Under the pieces are notes generated by a model. It did no database searches, was not told the DNA's origin, and saw only the letters and a list, made by a program, of their open reading frames with translations. Both the position numbers and the translations under genes were made by a program. From TPA_inf: Saccharomyces (lineage: Eukaryota), in contig BK006945.2 in assembly GCA_000146045.2 (NCBI GenBank), positions 640,001 through 704,000 on the forward strand: 64,000 nt of DNA, given 5' to 3'. Shown in pieces: positions 20,716 through 34,426 of this stretch (the stretch's first letter is position 1; each line of letters starts with the position of its first letter).

Positions 20716-22833
20716 ATGTCCCGTGACCTACAAAACCATTTGTTATTCGAGACTGCGACTGAGGTTGCTAATAGGGTTGGTGGTATTTACTCCGTGCTAA
20801 AATCGAAGGCTCCCATTACGGTTGCCCAGTATAAAGACCATTACCACTTGATAGGGCCCTTAAATAAAGCCACTTATCAAAATGAAGTTGATATACTAGA
20901 TTGGAAGAAGCCTGAAGCCTTTTCCGATGAAATGAGGCCAGTGCAGCATGCCCTGCAAACAATGGAATCTAGAGGAGTTCATTTTGTTTATGGGAGGTGG
21001 CTGATTGAAGGTGCTCCAAAAGTAATACTTTTTGACTTGGATTCTGTGAGAGGTTATTCGAATGAATGGAAGGGTGATTTATGGTCATTAGTAGGAATTC
21101 CCTCTCCTGAGAATGATTTCGAGACGAATGATGCTATCCTATTGGGGTATACAGTCGCTTGGTTTCTAGGCGAAGTGGCTCATCTCGATTCACAACACGC
21201 AATTGTTGCGCACTTTCACGAATGGTTGGCCGGTGTTGCGTTACCATTATGCCGTAAAAGGCGTATCGATGTAGTTACCATTTTCACCACTCATGCTACT
21301 TTATTGGGACGGTATTTATGCGCCTCCGGCAGTTTCGATTTTTACAATTGTTTAGAATCTGTTGATGTTGATCACGAAGCTGGCAGATTTGGCATATACC
21401 ATCGTTATTGTATAGAGAGAGCGGCGGCTCATTCTGCAGACGTGTTCACTACGGTGTCACAAATAACTGCTTTTGAAGCGGAACATCTTTTGAAAAGAAA
21501 ACCAGATGGGATTTTGCCTAATGGACTGAACGTCATCAAATTTCAAGCATTTCATGAGTTCCAAAATTTGCATGCTTTGAAAAAAGAAAAAATCAATGAC
21601 TTTGTAAGAGGCCATTTTCATGGTTGCTTCGATTTCGATCTAGACAACACCTTGTACTTTTTTATTGCTGGTAGATATGAGTATAAAAATAAGGGTGCTG
21701 ACATGTTTATTGAGGCTCTAGCGCGTTTGAACTACAGATTAAAAGTATCCGGATCCAAAAAAACTGTGGTAGCGTTTATTGTCATGCCCGCCAAAAATAA
21801 TTCCTTCACTGTTGAAGCATTGAAGGGCCAGGCTGAGGTGAGGGCGTTAGAAAATACTGTACATGAAGTGACTACTTCAATTGGTAAAAGAATATTCGAT
21901 CATGCTATCAGGTACCCCCACAATGGACTGACGACGGAATTACCAACCGATTTGGGTGAATTACTAAAGAGTTCGGATAAAGTTATGTTAAAGAGACGTA
22001 TTTTGGCTTTGAGAAGGCCGGAGGGACAGTTACCCCCAATAGTTACACACAATATGGTCGATGACGCTAATGACCTGATTTTAAATAAAATCAGACAAGT
22101 TCAATTGTTCAATAGCCCAAGTGATCGTGTTAAAATGATCTTCCATCCAGAATTTTTGAACGCTAATAATCCGATCCTTGGTTTAGATTATGATGAGTTC
22201 GTTCGTGGTTGCCATTTGGGTGTTTTCCCTTCATACTACGAGCCTTGGGGTTACACACCTGCAGAATGTACAGTAATGGGTGTTCCCTCCATCACGACAA
22301 ATGTCTCTGGTTTCGGTGCCTATATGGAAGACTTGATCGAAACCAACCAAGCGAAAGATTACGGTATTTATATTGTGGATCGTCGTTTCAAGGCACCTGA
22401 TGAATCTGTGGAACAATTAGTTGACTACATGGAAGAATTTGTAAAAAAGACAAGAAGGCAAAGAATTAATCAAAGAAATAGAACTGAAAGACTCTCCGAC
22501 TTACTGGACTGGAAGAGAATGGGTCTCGAATACGTCAAGGCAAGGCAGTTAGCATTAAGAAGAGGCTATCCTGATCAGTTCAGAGAGCTCGTTGGTGAAG
22601 AACTAAATGATTCCAACATGGATGCTTTAGCAGGCGGAAAGAAATTGAAAGTTGCAAGACCGCTTAGTGTACCTGGCTCACCAAGAGATTTGAGATCAAA
22701 CAGCACAGTCTACATGACCCCTGGTGATTTGGGTACTCTGCAGGAGGTTAATAACGCGGACGATTATTTTTCATTGGGAGTGAATCCTGCAGCTGACGAT
22801 GACGACGATGGCCCATATGCTGATGACAGTTAA
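20716..22833 (+). CDS. GSY2: Glycogen synthase Gsy2 (705 aa)
   Basis: [36 protein letters not shown]... is the glycosyltransferase family 3 glycogen synthase, with the C-terminal Ser/Thr phospho-regulatory tail ([30 protein letters not shown]). Confidence 0.95.
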   Translation: MSRDLQNHLLFETATEVANRVGGIYSVLKSKAPITVAQYKDHYHLIGPLNKATYQNEVDILDWKKPEAFSDEMRPVQHALQTMESRGVHFVYGRWLIEGAPKVILFDLDSVRGYSNEWKGDLWSLVGIPSPENDFETNDAILLGYTVAWFLGEVAHLDSQHAIVAHFHEWLAGVALPLCRKRRIDVVTIFTTHATLLGRYLCASGSFDFYNCLESVDVDHEAGRFGIYHRYCIERAAAHSADVFTTVSQITAFEAEHLLKRKPDGILPNGLNVIKFQAFHEFQNLHALKKEKINDFVRGHFHGCFDFDLDNTLYFFIAGRYEYKNKGADMFIEALARLNYRLKVSGSKKTVVAFIVMPAKNNSFTVEALKGQAEVRALENTVHEVTTSIGKRIFDHAIRYPHNGLTTELPTDLGELLKSSDKVMLKRRILALRRPEGQLPPIVTHNMVDDANDLILNKIRQVQLFNSPSDRVKMIFHPEFLNANNPILGLDYDEFVRGCHLGVFPSYYEPWGYTPAECTVMGVPSITTNVSGFGAYMEDLIETNQAKDYGIYIVDRRFKAPDESVEQLVDYMEEFVKKTRRQRINQRNRTERLSDLLDWKRMGLEYVKARQLALRRGYPDQFRELVGEELNDSNMDALAGGKKLKVARPLSVPGSPRDLRSNSTVYMTPGDLGTLQEVNNADDYFSLGVNPAADDDDDGPYADDS

Positions 22834-23283
22834 ATCCTATGAGGATATAAACAGTATTAAAAAAATCTTACCATAAAGACATACGACATTTCGAGGCGTT
22901 TTTGCTTTTCTTTTAACTTTCGTTGGCACAAACTGAAATATATGTGGAATGCCCTCTGAAAATATACTAGGAGTTTTGAGCGATCCAAACATTTTCTTTT
23001 CTTTTTTTCTCTTCCTTCTAGCGAAGTCCTCTTGCGTTAGCTGTAAACAAAATAAGTCAATTTCATTAATGAAAAGTGACATTATGGCGGTAGCTCTCTC
23101 TATCTTTGTTCAGTTATCAACATATAGTCATACTTAAAGATATAATAGCTCATAGTCATATATAGTTCTTTATACTTGAAAAAGTGATTCCTAAAAATCT
23201 CAACTTTTTTCACATTGTATTTACAAGATAATAAAATTATTACCATATTTAAACGAAAGATAAATTTTGAATTAAGGCGGTCG

Positions 23284-25002
23284 TTACATCATACCTGGCA
23301 TTCCTGGCATACCACCTGGCATACCACCAGCGCCAGCAGCTGCTGGTGGTTCTGGGGCATCAACAATAGCAACTTCGGTAGTAGCTAATAGTGAGGCAAC
23401 ACCAGAAGCATCAACTAAACCGGATCTAACCACTTTAAATGGATCGATGATACCAGTGGCTAACATGTCGGTGTATTCTGACTTAGAGGCATCGTAACCC
23501 TTGGCAAAATCATCACCATATTCATCAATCAATTTGCCGATGATAACTGAACCTTCTTCACCAGCGTTTTCAATGATCTGCTTGGCTGGTCTTGTAATGG
23601 CCTTTCTTATGATATCGACACCCAATTTTTGATCGAAATTGTCGACAACAACTTCATCCAAAACTCTAGATGCCTTCACTAAGGCAGTACCACCACCTGG
23701 CAAGATACCTTCCTCAACTGCAGCTCTGGTAGCGTTCAAAGCATCATCGTAACGGTCCTTCTTTTCACCAACTTCAACTTCAGATGCACCACCGACCCTG
23801 ATGACAGCAACACCCCCGGACAATTTGGCCAAACGCTCTTGCAGTTTCTCCTTCTCATATGAATTTGTGGTGGTAATGTCGATGGAGCCTTTGATTTGTT
23901 CAATTCTCTCTTGAATAGCTTCCTTTGGACCACTACCGTTCAGGATAACGGTGTCTTCCTTAGTAACGGTAATAGAGTCACAAGAACCCAAGTTTTCTAT
24001 GGTACATTGTTCTGGTTTCAAATCCAACTCCTCAGTAAAAACAGTACCGCCCGTCAAGACTGCAATATCACCAATTGTATTCTTTCTATTATCACCGAAA
24101 CCAGGCGCCTTCACAGCACAAACCTTAACTTGACCCCTCAACTTGTTCAAAATACAAGCCGCAAGAGCTTCACCGTCAACATCTTCAGCAATGATCAACA
24201 AAGGTCTTCTGCTTTGATTGGAAATTTCCAAAGCTGGCAAGATATCTTGAATGGAAGAAATTTTCTTTTCACTCAACAATAGCAATGGCTTTTCAAATTC
24301 CACCTTGCTCGACTTTGGATCAGTGATGAAGTATGGAGAAATAAAACCACGATCAAACCTCATACCTTCAGTAACCTCAAGTTCATCTTCCAATGTTCTA
24401 CCTTCTCTGATAGTGATGACACCTTCTTTTCCAACCTTTTCCATAGCTGAAGCTAGTAACTTACCAACATGAGAGTCCCCATTGGCAGAAATGGTTGCTA
24501 CTTGAGCAATTTCCTCAGATGTGGTAATTTCTTTCTTGTTGGCGCTCAAAAATTCAATCACTTTTTCAACTGCAACTTGAGAACCCCTTCTCAAATCCAT
24601 AGGGTTACAACCAGCGGCGACATTTTTGACGGATTCTGTGAAGATGGCTCTACCTAAGACAGTAGCAGAAGTAGTACCGTCACCAGCAGCCTCATTGGTT
24701 TTGGAGGCAACTTCTTGTAGTAACTTGGCACCCATATTTTCAAACTTGTCCTTCAACACAATAGATTTGGCAACTGTAACACCATCCTTAGTAATCTTTG
24801 GAGGACCGAAAGGCTGTTCGATTAAAACGTTTCTACCCTTTGGACCCAAAGTAGCAGCAACCGCTTCAGCTAAAGTTTCGACACCCTTAAGAAGGGAGGC
24901 TCTTCCTTCTACACCGAATTTCAATTCTTTATGAGAGGAGTAAGCACGACGCAATAAAGGCCTTAAAGTAGCGCGACTACGAACAACGGATGATCTCAAC
25001 AT
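23284..25002 (-). CDS. HSP60: Mitochondrial chaperonin Hsp60 (572 aa; the true start is MLRSSVV, not the upstream in-frame ATG of the 599-aa track ORF)
   Basis: GroEL-family sequence with an N-terminal presequence [23 protein letters not shown] and the C-terminal GGM repeat [14 protein letters not shown]. 572 aa. Confidence 0.95.
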   Translation of the reverse strand: MLRSSVVRSRATLRPLLRRAYSSHKELKFGVEGRASLLKGVETLAEAVAATLGPKGRNVLIEQPFGPPKITKDGVTVAKSIVLKDKFENMGAKLLQEVASKTNEAAGDGTTSATVLGRAIFTESVKNVAAGCNPMDLRRGSQVAVEKVIEFLSANKKEITTSEEIAQVATISANGDSHVGKLLASAMEKVGKEGVITIREGRTLEDELEVTEGMRFDRGFISPYFITDPKSSKVEFEKPLLLLSEKKISSIQDILPALEISNQSRRPLLIIAEDVDGEALAACILNKLRGQVKVCAVKAPGFGDNRKNTIGDIAVLTGGTVFTEELDLKPEQCTIENLGSCDSITVTKEDTVILNGSGPKEAIQERIEQIKGSIDITTTNSYEKEKLQERLAKLSGGVAVIRVGGASEVEVGEKKDRYDDALNATRAAVEEGILPGGGTALVKASRVLDEVVVDNFDQKLGVDIIRKAITRPAKQIIENAGEEGSVIIGKLIDEYGDDFAKGYDASKSEYTDMLATGIIDPFKVVRSGLVDASGVASLLATTEVAIVDAPEPPAAAGAGGMPGGMPGMPGMM

Positions 25003-25199
25003 TTTGAAAACTTTTTTGCTTATGATGTTTTCTCGTGGGAATTTTCTTATATTATTCAAGGAAGTGCATGAAGACGCAACCACGACCTTACATAATGAAT
25101 GTAAAACTTAGTCTCCTTCAATATATATACATGAATGTCCGTCTGGATTCTGCTCCGGGCAAAACGAAGCAAAATTAAAGTCACCCTCCCCATTTGGTT

Positions 25200-25212
25200 T
25201 TCTGGAAAATTC
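25200..25212. promoter_or_regulatory. Heat-shock element TTCtgGAAaaTTC (three alternating nGAAn units), about 200 bp upstream of the HSP60 ATG
   Basis: A perfect 3-unit inverted nGAAn array at 25200-25212 in the HSP60 5' flank. Confidence 0.65.
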
Positions 25213-25843
25213 CACGAGGTCCGTATATGATGACATATACAGATGGGCGGCTATAAAGTAAGTTTCCAGAGGTAATACCAGGCAATAAACAGCTTCAATT
25301 GCTCGTAACACCATTGTATACCTACAAAAACAGTGGAATAGGGATGAGACATAACTGGCTGGAATTTCAACTGTACTTCTTTGCACAACTAGTCTTGGCG
25401 TTCTACTTGATCATTGCGCGAATGGATGCACTCGCAATAATTCCCAATAGTATAACAGGAGGAACATTTGGATGCATTAGGTATATTATTCATCTTCTTT
25501 ATCATCAAAATTTTCTCTTCCTTTATGTTACTATGTTGCTTTCTTTTAATCTATGTTTTTTTCCCTTTCAGTTGCCACCGCTTTTCTGCAAGATTCATAG
25601 TTAGATTTGCAAATCAAGGTGTTTTCGGGCCTTGTTAAAGCCTTCGCAGGCGAAGAAGAAAGGGAACGTAAGCTGCGTGAGCCGAATCTATTTATACAAA
25701 AACAATCAAAAAAGTATAACTACAGCATAAACTGTTGTATATACGTGTTGCAAAATAGGAAAGAAAAGAAGAGTAAAAGGACTCTTGATATTATCTCGAA
25801 AAAACCACAAATAGTGTAAGATTTAAACAGTAAGCCAAAAGAG

Positions 25844-27907
25844 ATGACTTTGAAACCTTCAAAGAGACGTAAGGGCAGGTCTCGCCATTCCAGGAAGAAG
25901 CAAATAACGTCAGCGATACTGACTGAGGAAGGAATAATGATCAAGGCAAAACCATCAAGTCCTTACACATACGCAAATAGAATGGCAGATAAACGAAGTC
26001 GCAGCAGCATTGACAACATCAGTAGAACTAGCTTTCAAAGCAACATCAGTAGAACTAGCTTTCAAAGCAACAGTGATAACAACAGTATATTTGAAACGGC
26101 TTCACTAATTAGCTGTGTTACCTGTTTAAGCGATACTGATACAATAGACAGATCGGAAACATCGACAACGGATACAAGTAAAGATGATCTTTCTGCTAAT
26201 CCAAAACTTCATTATCCTTCGGTGAATGGTCAATTGCCAGCAAACACCGTTATCCCCTATGGACGAATTCTGGATGCCAGATACATTGAAAAGGAACCTC
26301 TGCATTATTATGATGCCAATTCATCACCCAGTTCACCTTTAAGCAGCTCAATGAGTAACATTAGTGAAAAGTGTGATCTTGATGAATTAGAGTCTTCCCA
26401 AAAAAAAGAAAGGAAGGGCAACTCGCTATCGCGAGGAAGTAACAGTAGTAGTAGCCTCCTGACTTCCAGATCTCCTTTTACGAAACTAGTAGAGGTTATA
26501 TTTGCTAGGCCAAGACGGCATGACGTTGTACCCAAAAGGGTTTCATTGTATATTGACTATAAACCCCATTCATCTTCTCACTTAAAAGAAGAAGATGACT
26601 TGGTTGAGGAGATTTTAAAGAGAAGCTACAAAAACACTAGAAGGAACAAATCCATATTTGTGATCATTAATCCGTTTGGTGGTAAAGGTAAGGCGAAAAA
26701 ACTGTTTATGACAAAGGCAAAGCCGTTACTATTAGCAAGTCGGTGTTCCATAGAAGTGGTTTATACAAAATACCCTGGTCATGCTATAGAGATCGCGCGG
26801 GAAATGGATATTGACAAATATGACACTATTGCTTGCGCTTCGGGAGATGGCATTCCTCATGAGGTGATCAATGGGTTATACCAAAGGCCTGATCATGTCA
26901 AAGCATTCAACAATATCGCCATTACAGAAATTCCATGCGGATCAGGTAACGCAATGAGCGTATCCTGCCACTGGACAAACAATCCTTCGTACTCAACTTT
27001 ATGCTTAATTAAATCGATAGAGACTAGAATTGATTTGATGTGTTGTTCGCAGCCTTCTTATGCAAGAGAGCACCCAAAGTTATCATTTTTAAGTCAAACA
27101 TATGGTCTCATTGCAGAAACTGACATAAACACTGAATTTATTAGATGGATGGGACCTGCAAGGTTTGAATTGGGTGTAGCCTTCAATATCATACAAAAAA
27201 AAAAATATCCTTGTGAGATATATGTAAAGTATGCTGCCAAATCAAAAAACGAGTTAAAAAATCATTACCTGGAACACAAAAATAAAGGGTCGTTAGAATT
27301 CCAGCATATTACTATGAACAAAGATAACGAGGATTGTGATAATTACAATTACGAAAATGAATACGAAACCGAAAACGAAGATGAAGATGAAGATGCGGAT
27401 GCGGATGACGAAGACTCCCACTTGATATCTCGTGATCTGGCAGATTCTAGTGCTGATCAAATTAAAGAGGAAGATTTCAAAATAAAATATCCATTAGATG
27501 AAGGTATCCCTAGTGACTGGGAAAGATTGGATCCTAATATTTCGAACAACCTAGGTATCTTCTATACGGGTAAAATGCCATATGTGGCTGCTGACACTAA
27601 ATTCTTTCCGGCAGCGCTTCCTTCAGATGGTACAATGGATATGGTTATCACCGATGCAAGAACCTCGTTGACGAGGATGGCACCAATCCTGCTGGGACTA
27701 GATAAGGGTTCCCATGTTTTACAACCGGAAGTCTTACACTCTAAAATTTTGGCATACAAGATAATACCAAAGCTAGGGAACGGCTTGTTCTCTGTCGATG
27801 GCGAGAAATTTCCTCTAGAGCCCCTTCAAGTCGAAATTATGCCACGCTTATGCAAGACGTTACTGAGAAATGGCCGTTATGTGGACACAGATTTCGATTC
27901 TATGTGA
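25844..27907 (+). CDS. LCB5: Lcb5, minor sphingoid long-chain-base kinase (687 aa)
   Basis: DAG-kinase-like catalytic domain ([13 protein letters not shown]..., [16 protein letters not shown]) with a long Ser/Asn-rich N-terminal region. 687 aa. Confidence 0.9.
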
Positions 27908-28243
27908 CACTTTACTTAATCTTTTCCTTCGTACTGAACAATTAATCAAAAACTAGAATATGTCATTTCTATTTCTTCTATATTTTTTTTACGTTGTTGT
28001 TGTTTTTGTTGTTGTTTGATAACTTTATACACTCCATACTTCTTTATAAAAAGTTTTAATACCATTCTTTAATACAACCATGTTTAGTGAGTACTAGCTC
28101 CTACACATCAGATCGTCAAGTACATTATGATTATGATTATTATTAATATTATCAGTACAATTATTATGTGCTGGTAGTTCACTAAAAAATATGACGCACA
28201 CAAAGAGTTCTCCTTATGCCCTATAGAACTGAAATATTAGGTG

Positions 28244-28909
<666 letters not shown>

Positions 28910-29467
28910 TTATCTTTTACTGTTCAGAATCAACAGCTTCAAACACTTCTTTTCACACAACCTTAAGTGCCCAATTGTGATATTCTTACATCATACATAG
29001 TAACAATCTATATATGGGCAATATTTTCCTCCACTAATTGAGCTGTGCTGAAGGCTTTATTACCCGGAAATTATTCGGCCATTTTTCACTAGAAGTTAAT
29101 ACCAGCACTAACGAATAGAAGCACCCTATTCTACTCAAGATGCCCGGTTCATGAATAGGGAGAAGTATTTTTCTTATTTTCCTTAGCCATCTATAAATAT
29201 TTATCCTTATGCCTGTCACCACAATAGAAAAGGGTCCATTATATATCAGTTGTTTTCGTACCTCTAGAGAGACACGCAAGGGGCTTTATTTAGGAAACCT
29301 CCAAATTTGCTAGATGTAACCATTATACATAGTAATTACGATTGTAAAACATCGGAAAGAACGATATATCTTGCAAATAGCTTTTCTTTGGTAATATATG
29401 TATTTACTTAAAAAACGAGAACTAGAAAATACTGAGTAAATTTTTATTAGACGTTGTTAAAGGCCTT

Positions 29468-29662
29468 TTATTTCTTACCAGATTTTTTGATACCACCACC
29501 CACTAAAGGTTTACCACTTTTCATATTAGCCATCAAAGCTTTCTTAGCAGCAGCATCGGCCTTTTGCTTCTCTTTGAAGGCAATGTCTTCAGGATCTAAG
29601 TCCTGTTGTTGCTTCTTCTTTTGCTTTAGAGGCTTCATCTTACCACCTTGGCGACTAGACAT
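29468..29662 (-). CDS. TMA7: Tma7, translation-machinery-associated basic microprotein (64 aa)
   Basis: MSSRQGGKMKPLKQKKKQQQDLDPEDIAFKEKQKADAAAKKALMANMKSGKPLVGGGIKKSGKK. Confidence 0.9.
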   Translation of the reverse strand: MSSRQGGKMKPLKQKKKQQQDLDPEDIAFKEKQKADAAAKKALMANMKSGKPLVGGGIKKSGKK

Positions 29663-30172
29663 GATTGCTTAGGGTTTTTCAGTTATTCTTCTGGTTTTGC
29701 AACTTACTGTGCGTGGAAGAGCAATCAATTACAGGATTTTAAACATGAAATTTTTTATTTTCCTCGTTCATTTTCGTCGCGGGAAACTTCCAGAAGTATA
29801 GATTTACTACAATTTTTATCTCAGGACAGAAAGAATAAACCAAAAAAGCCAAGACAAGCCAAGCCAAGCCGAGGCGACTGGAGGAGCTTTTCATCACATT
29901 CAATGACAAATCACAACAGGTTTCCCTGTTAGAAAAGGCATGTGCACTCACAATTCATATTTTCATACAGAAGATATACATTGGATTTCTGGAGATATCA
30001 GGTAAGGTTCGACAAAAACAATGGCGTTTGCCAACCCTTTATGATGGGTGATCTTGTATCCGCTTAATTGTGTGATCTAAAAAGGCAAAGTAACGTATTA
30101 TTGGCTGGTTTATATAATTTGAATATGACTACTTTTTCAACGTTAAAAACGATAAATACTTGCTCAAAGGGT

Positions 30173-30182
30173 TCAGCGGCTA
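30173..30182. promoter_or_regulatory. URS1-like Ume6 site TCAGCGGCTA (one mismatch to TCGGCGGCTA), about 160 bp upstream of RED1
   Basis: Sequence gggtTCAGCGGCTAaataaa in the RED1 5' flank. RED1 is an early meiotic gene. The core GGCGGC is changed to AGCGGC, so this is a weak candidate. Confidence 0.4.
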
Positions 30183-30339
30183 AATAAACTACGATTTCGC
30201 AGCAGGATCAGATGGATTCAATCACATCATTCGCAAAACATTCACATCATTCGTGAAGCATTAAAGGTAATAAGAAAAATAGAACAAAGATTTTTTAATC
30301 AGTGAGGACCACAAAGGGACAGCAAATACGGTGATAAGA

Positions 30340-32823
30340 ATGGAAGGTTTGAAGAAAAAGATTTTTGGTGTTTGCCTGAAAAATGACTTAGCACAGACTA
30401 GGAATGAAACGAAAGGAATCCACTATGGGTTAATGACTTTGGAAACTTCTAAACAACTGCAGGAATTTCTCCATTTGCTAGTAATAAAGAGAGAAGTAAT
30501 TCAAAATTTTGAGTTGTTATTTCACATCATAAATGTTGCCGTTAAAATCACCGATTCAAATCTTCCAAGTGATGATATCTGGCATTTCATTTTAAAATTA
30601 AGATTTTCTTCTGAGATTAATATAGACGAAGACTCCAAAGTTTTAAATTATTTACTTGAGACTGGCATCGCAATGGAAAATCCAGTCAGTTGGAAATGCT
30701 TGGCCGTTATTAGCAGCATCCTCAGCAGTGTCCCTCAATCCAAAAAGATTATAACTAACCTGATCGAGACAGAACATGCCAAAAAGATTGGTCAGTTGTT
30801 TGATAATATTCAAGATTTGCAACAAGGAAATTTTCTGGTGGAAATTCTCTCTAACTGTTTTAAAAAAAGTGCTTCAAATTCCAAGAAAGTGGAAAAAATA
30901 CCTCAGTTATGGCAAAGCAGGTCTAAGAACAAGTTTTTCTTTGAAAATGAATTTTACCCTTTTAGCAGCAAAAATGGGAGCTTACAAACCTGCCAATTCC
31001 TGTGCAATAATTTCATGTCAACTTTATCCTTTACGGGTATTCTAAGGCAGGTTTCTTATAGCGGATCTGAAACATTAAAAAATCTCCGTATATTTAAGAA
31101 AAAAGACGATGAAAATTCTTACTTCATTCAGTGCATTTACAACAAAATCTATCTTTGGTTAGACGAAAAAGCCCCTTTGGAATTTGAAAGAAAGAAAATC
31201 AGGATTACCAAAAACTTAAAAAATAAAATTCAAATTAAATTGAGGCAACCTTTCCATGAATGTGTGAGAACTACCGCTGATAAAACAGCACTCTTATTTA
31301 ACAAAACGAAGGGGTTTCAGCTGGAATTTGAAGACGAGAAATTAGGTGAAACTTTTTTTCACAATGTCAACAATATACCTAAGATTAGTGAAGTACAAAA
31401 CTTTTTAGTTTTAGACTATATTGAAGAAGAACCAGAGAATGAAGGTGAAGAAGAAGAGCAAATCGGAAGGGCAGATGAGCAGAAAGAGGATGAAGAGGAA
31501 GAATCTCTCGATGAATTATCCACTCCCATGGTATATCCAATAAAATCATCTATTCCCCATAATCATAACGAAAAGGTTCAGTTAGTCACTCCCGACCGTT
31601 CTGTTTCCATAAGATCTGATGAATGGGATTTAAAGTCAAATACTGAAGACGAAGAAGGTAATGTTCTTGCAGACCTGAAAATAAGCAGCACTAAGGAAAC
31701 AAAAAGGCAAACAGACTACGTCCATATTGATTCAGAAGACCAGTCACCAGTAGTATCCGCTCAGATGAGAAAAATGAGAAGAGAATCTACGAAAACACTA
31801 GAAATATTGAGACAAGAGTTTAAAGATAAGGATGTACAAAACAAAGAAGACCAGTCCGAACAAATACAAAACCCGTTTGTAAATACATCCTCGTTAGTTG
31901 TAGGTAAATCCTGTCTTGTTAATCCTAAGGAAAAGCCTAATATTGATCAAACGGTAGTCGGAATAACCGAATTAAAGTCAAATTCTTCCATTAAGAAAAG
32001 GGATATCAACATTCTCGACACTATATTTGGGCAACCTCCGTCCAAGAAGCAAAAACAATTCCACAAAAAGGAGAAAAAGAAGCAGCAGAAAAAGTTGACA
32101 AACTTTAAGCCCATTATCGATGTCCCTTCCCAAGATAAACGAAACCTTAGGTCAAACGCTCCGACAAAACCCAAATCCATAAAAGTAAGTAAGCTGCGTA
32201 CCGATAAGAAAGTTACAGGGGAAAAATCAAGCCCAGAAACAGCGGCAGAGAAAGTTGATGATCAAACTGTGCGTAGCAACGATGAACAAGCAATGAGCAG
32301 AGCAACTAAAGAAAAGTGCTTTCCAGATGTCAATGAAGGCAAAGAAATTACTAAGGATGACGCTAAAGTATCTCTCGAGTCCAAAAAAAACAACGAAACT
32401 TTTGTTGATTCAAGTGTAGTAGAAAAACATACCCCCCCAGACAAAGACTGTAACAATTGTAACATTACAGATATTTTGGAATCTACCACTGTTATCGACT
32501 TGCAGTCACCCCATGGATTATCTGCTCCTGGTCAGAATACTTTCACAAACAAACTTCAAGAACAAATTTATAGTTCAATAAATCATTTTTCTAACGAATT
32601 GGTAAGAAAAATTTCGATAATAAACCAAGAGTTAAATAAGAAAATCTTAAAAGAGTTGTCCGAAAAATACCAAAAACTATTCTCCGAATTACAAGATAAT
32701 TTCCAGAATGATACCAATGAGATGCTTAAATTCATGGGCGAGATCAAAGACATGATGAATCTCCCGGAAGATCAGCTCGTTCATGCTATTAGGACAAGAA
32801 AATTTGATAACAACAAGAGATAA
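30340..32823 (+). CDS. RED1: Red1, meiotic axial-element / synaptonemal-complex lateral-element protein (827 aa; starts at MEGLKKK, 3 codons inside the track ORF)
   Basis: [35 protein letters not shown]... with a Lys-rich C-terminal coiled coil. 827 aa. Confidence 0.9.
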
Positions 32824-32949
32824 ATAGTATACATATACGCAATTCTTTTTAGATTTAAGATGGCTAATAAAAGTAATATAGGCAAGCTTATTCATGTTCG
32901 AATCTTTTTTTTCTCGCAGAGCTAGTACTCTGGCAATCGACACTTATTT

Positions 32950-32962
32950 CGTACAAAATGAT
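32950..32962. promoter_or_regulatory. Abf1-site candidate CGTacaaaATGAT (CGTNNNNNRYGAY), followed by a T12 tract at about 32977-32992, in the RPS28B promoter
   Basis: The pattern matches the Abf1 consensus on the reverse strand. A downstream poly-T is typical of Abf1-type ribosomal-protein promoters. I saw no Rap1 site (ACACCCRYACAY) in this promoter. Confidence 0.45.
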
Positions 32963-33130
32963 CACGCAACTTTTGACAATTTTTTTTTTTTCATCTGTTT
33001 TCCAGGAAACTTGGATCTTTTTTGCTCCATAGCACTTTTGGTCTTCCTCAATTAAATATTTCTAGATCCCGGTAGTTCTTCTTCTTTGATCATTAATAAA
33101 AAATAAGCAAAGCATAAAAGAGCAGCAAAA

Positions 33131-33334
33131 ATGGATTCTAAGACCCCAGTCACCTTAGCTAAAGTCATCAAAGTTTTAGGCCGTACCGGTTCTCGTGGTG
33201 GTGTTACCCAAGTTCGTGTTGAGTTCTTGGAAGACACTTCCCGTACCATTGTCAGAAATGTCAAGGGTCCAGTTAGAGAAAACGACATTTTGGTCTTGAT
33301 GGAATCTGAACGTGAAGCTCGTCGTTTGCGTTAA
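33131..33334 (+). CDS. RPS28B: Ribosomal protein S28 (eS28), B copy (67 aa)
   Basis: [67 protein letters not shown]. Confidence 0.95.
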
Positions 33335-34426
33335 AGGTATATTAAAAAATTTACTATTGGTGCTCTTCGAGCATTGTTTTTTTTCTATATTTACAAACAA
33401 CAGCTTATTTTTTAATATTTCTCAAAAAATGAAGTTCGAATGATTATTTTAATTGAGTTTAGTGATGAAATCGATTGCAAATAATATAAACGTTGGTAAG
33501 CTCATCTAAACAATCGAAAGGAGGGATAGAAGACAGTAGGTGTTTGTGCTTTGGTCGGTTTTTCCATTCGGTGAATTCATACATCTCCTTTATTAATTTT
33601 AATGGATTCTTTACAAGGGATTTTCGGTTGCCAAAAACAGAGAACAAATGCGTAGAAATACTCAATGATGTCAATTTTTCAAAAAATGAATTAAATGATT
33701 GAAGTCACTTAATTTTTGTGGTTTTTTGGAGGTGGGTTGAGTGTACAACTCACTATAATTGATGAGATATTCGACGAACTTGTTACTTTTTTGGATTCCA
33801 GAATGTTTACTGAATTTTAAGAATTAATTAATTTGAGGCTAACCTGTATGGCATGGAATAACGAATCGACAAGAAGTCTCTTACTGTAACTTTCTTTTTT
33901 TTTGGTGCATCTATCGTTAAATACAATTTAAATATTACATTCATGTACTTACTCAATATAATAATCTGATTACTTCATACAATAGAAGAGAAAGAAACAG
34001 TCTCTAAAACTGCTGTCATAACGCGTGGTGTTGTGGTTTTGCTTAATTTTTTTAGACCCATGCACCAGATATTGATCCAATTTTTTTTTGTGGCTCTTTT
34101 GCCAATCGCTCTTATTAAGTAAGTTTACATCCGCGGTTATGTTTTGCGTCTAAATTTCATTTACAGTGATGGCGAGCTTGCGCGGCTATTTTTTATGCAG
34201 TTTATCATTTAGACACTCAGAAGCTGCAGTGATGTAAGATACTGCTTGAAACTACCGTTAGATTAATAATAAACAATTAGAACTGTCCTAATACATATAA
34301 ACTTATATGCTCCCTATCAATGGCATAACGTTACCATTCAATAAATTAACATTATCAATGCGTCAACAAAGGAATAGAACTATTTGAAAGGTCCAACCTT
34401 AATTTTTGACGTTTAATTGACTTGCC

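Noticed and set aside
33459-33674. 71-aa minus-strand ORF in the RPS28B 3' region
   Set aside because: It lies inside the presumed RPS28B 3' UTR and has no conservation signal I can see. A small ORF is annotated in this neighbourhood in S288C, but I cannot support a specific one from sequence.
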